A DNA stretch of 34,929 nt. Origin: a virus. Lineage: Duplodnaviria > Caudoviricetes. Shown piece after piece: positions 34,716 to 34,929 of the stretch; position 1 is the stretch's first letter, and each line of letters starts with the position of its first letter. The notes beneath the pieces were generated by a model. That model did no database searches. It was not told the DNA's origin and saw only the letters and a program-made list of their open reading frames with translations. A program made the position numbers and the translations under genes. The stretch spans positions 1-34,929 of the IMG/VR virus record IMGVR_UViG_3300030090_005317; one strand, 5' to 3'.

Positions 34716-34929
34716 TTTCGCCTCGCTACACCGCGCATCTTCTCAAATGTTCTCAGTCCACTCATGCCAAGCATAGCCGTAACAAGTTCCATCAGGTACG
34801 AGGTGTCTATAGTGGGCAACTCCGTTCCGTCACCCCACGCAATCATAGCCCACTGGGCTACAGGCTGAACAACCATCGACCACGCAATACCAACACCACA
34901 TACCCACCCGATAAACGGTCGCCAGCCAG
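34712..34929 (-). CDS. 3TM holin (GTA_holin_3TM-like), N-terminus outside the window
   Basis: Manual translation GWRPFIGWVCGVGIAWSMVVQP...LMELVTAMLGMSGLRTFEKMRGV. Confidence 0.85.
   Translation of the reverse strand, partial: GWRPFIGWVCGVGIAWSMVVQPVAQWAMIAWGDGTELPTIDTSYLMELVTAMLGMSGLRTFEKMRGVARRK

Noticed and set aside
1-34929. tRNA, rRNA, integrase, DNA polymerase, capsid or portal genes
   Set aside because: None recognised by eye; head genes probably lie outside the window beyond terL

Overview
This is a partial genome of a tailed dsDNA phage, probably podovirus-like, with an unknown host. The minus strand carries a partial terL (1-1037), terS (4599-5114) and a late block (21.5-34.9 kb) with four very large virion/ejection-type proteins, an M15 endolysin and a partial 3TM holin. 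The plus strand carries two stand-alone promoter-gene-terminator cassettes lying between terS and terL, then many small early genes (a Csx16-like protein, an AAA+ ATPase, HTH/RHH regulators) and a replication module (SSB-like protein, RusA, DnaB, SAM methyltransferase). The main finding is a TIGR-Tas locus: a nuclease-less, IS110-related Nop-domain protein (TasA-like, 15250-16065) followed by an array of about 11 dual-repeat 36-nt units (16499-16913), several of whose spacer pairs reconstruct promoter-like targets. Other notable features: 25 perfect copies of the 11-bp palindrome GTACA(G/C)TGTAC; two cassettes whose 5' leaders can pair with their 3' trailers; several candidate structured RNAs, including an H-type pseudoknot; and a family of TTGACT-N17-TATATT promoters. 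All calls come from manual motif recognition; no database searches were run.
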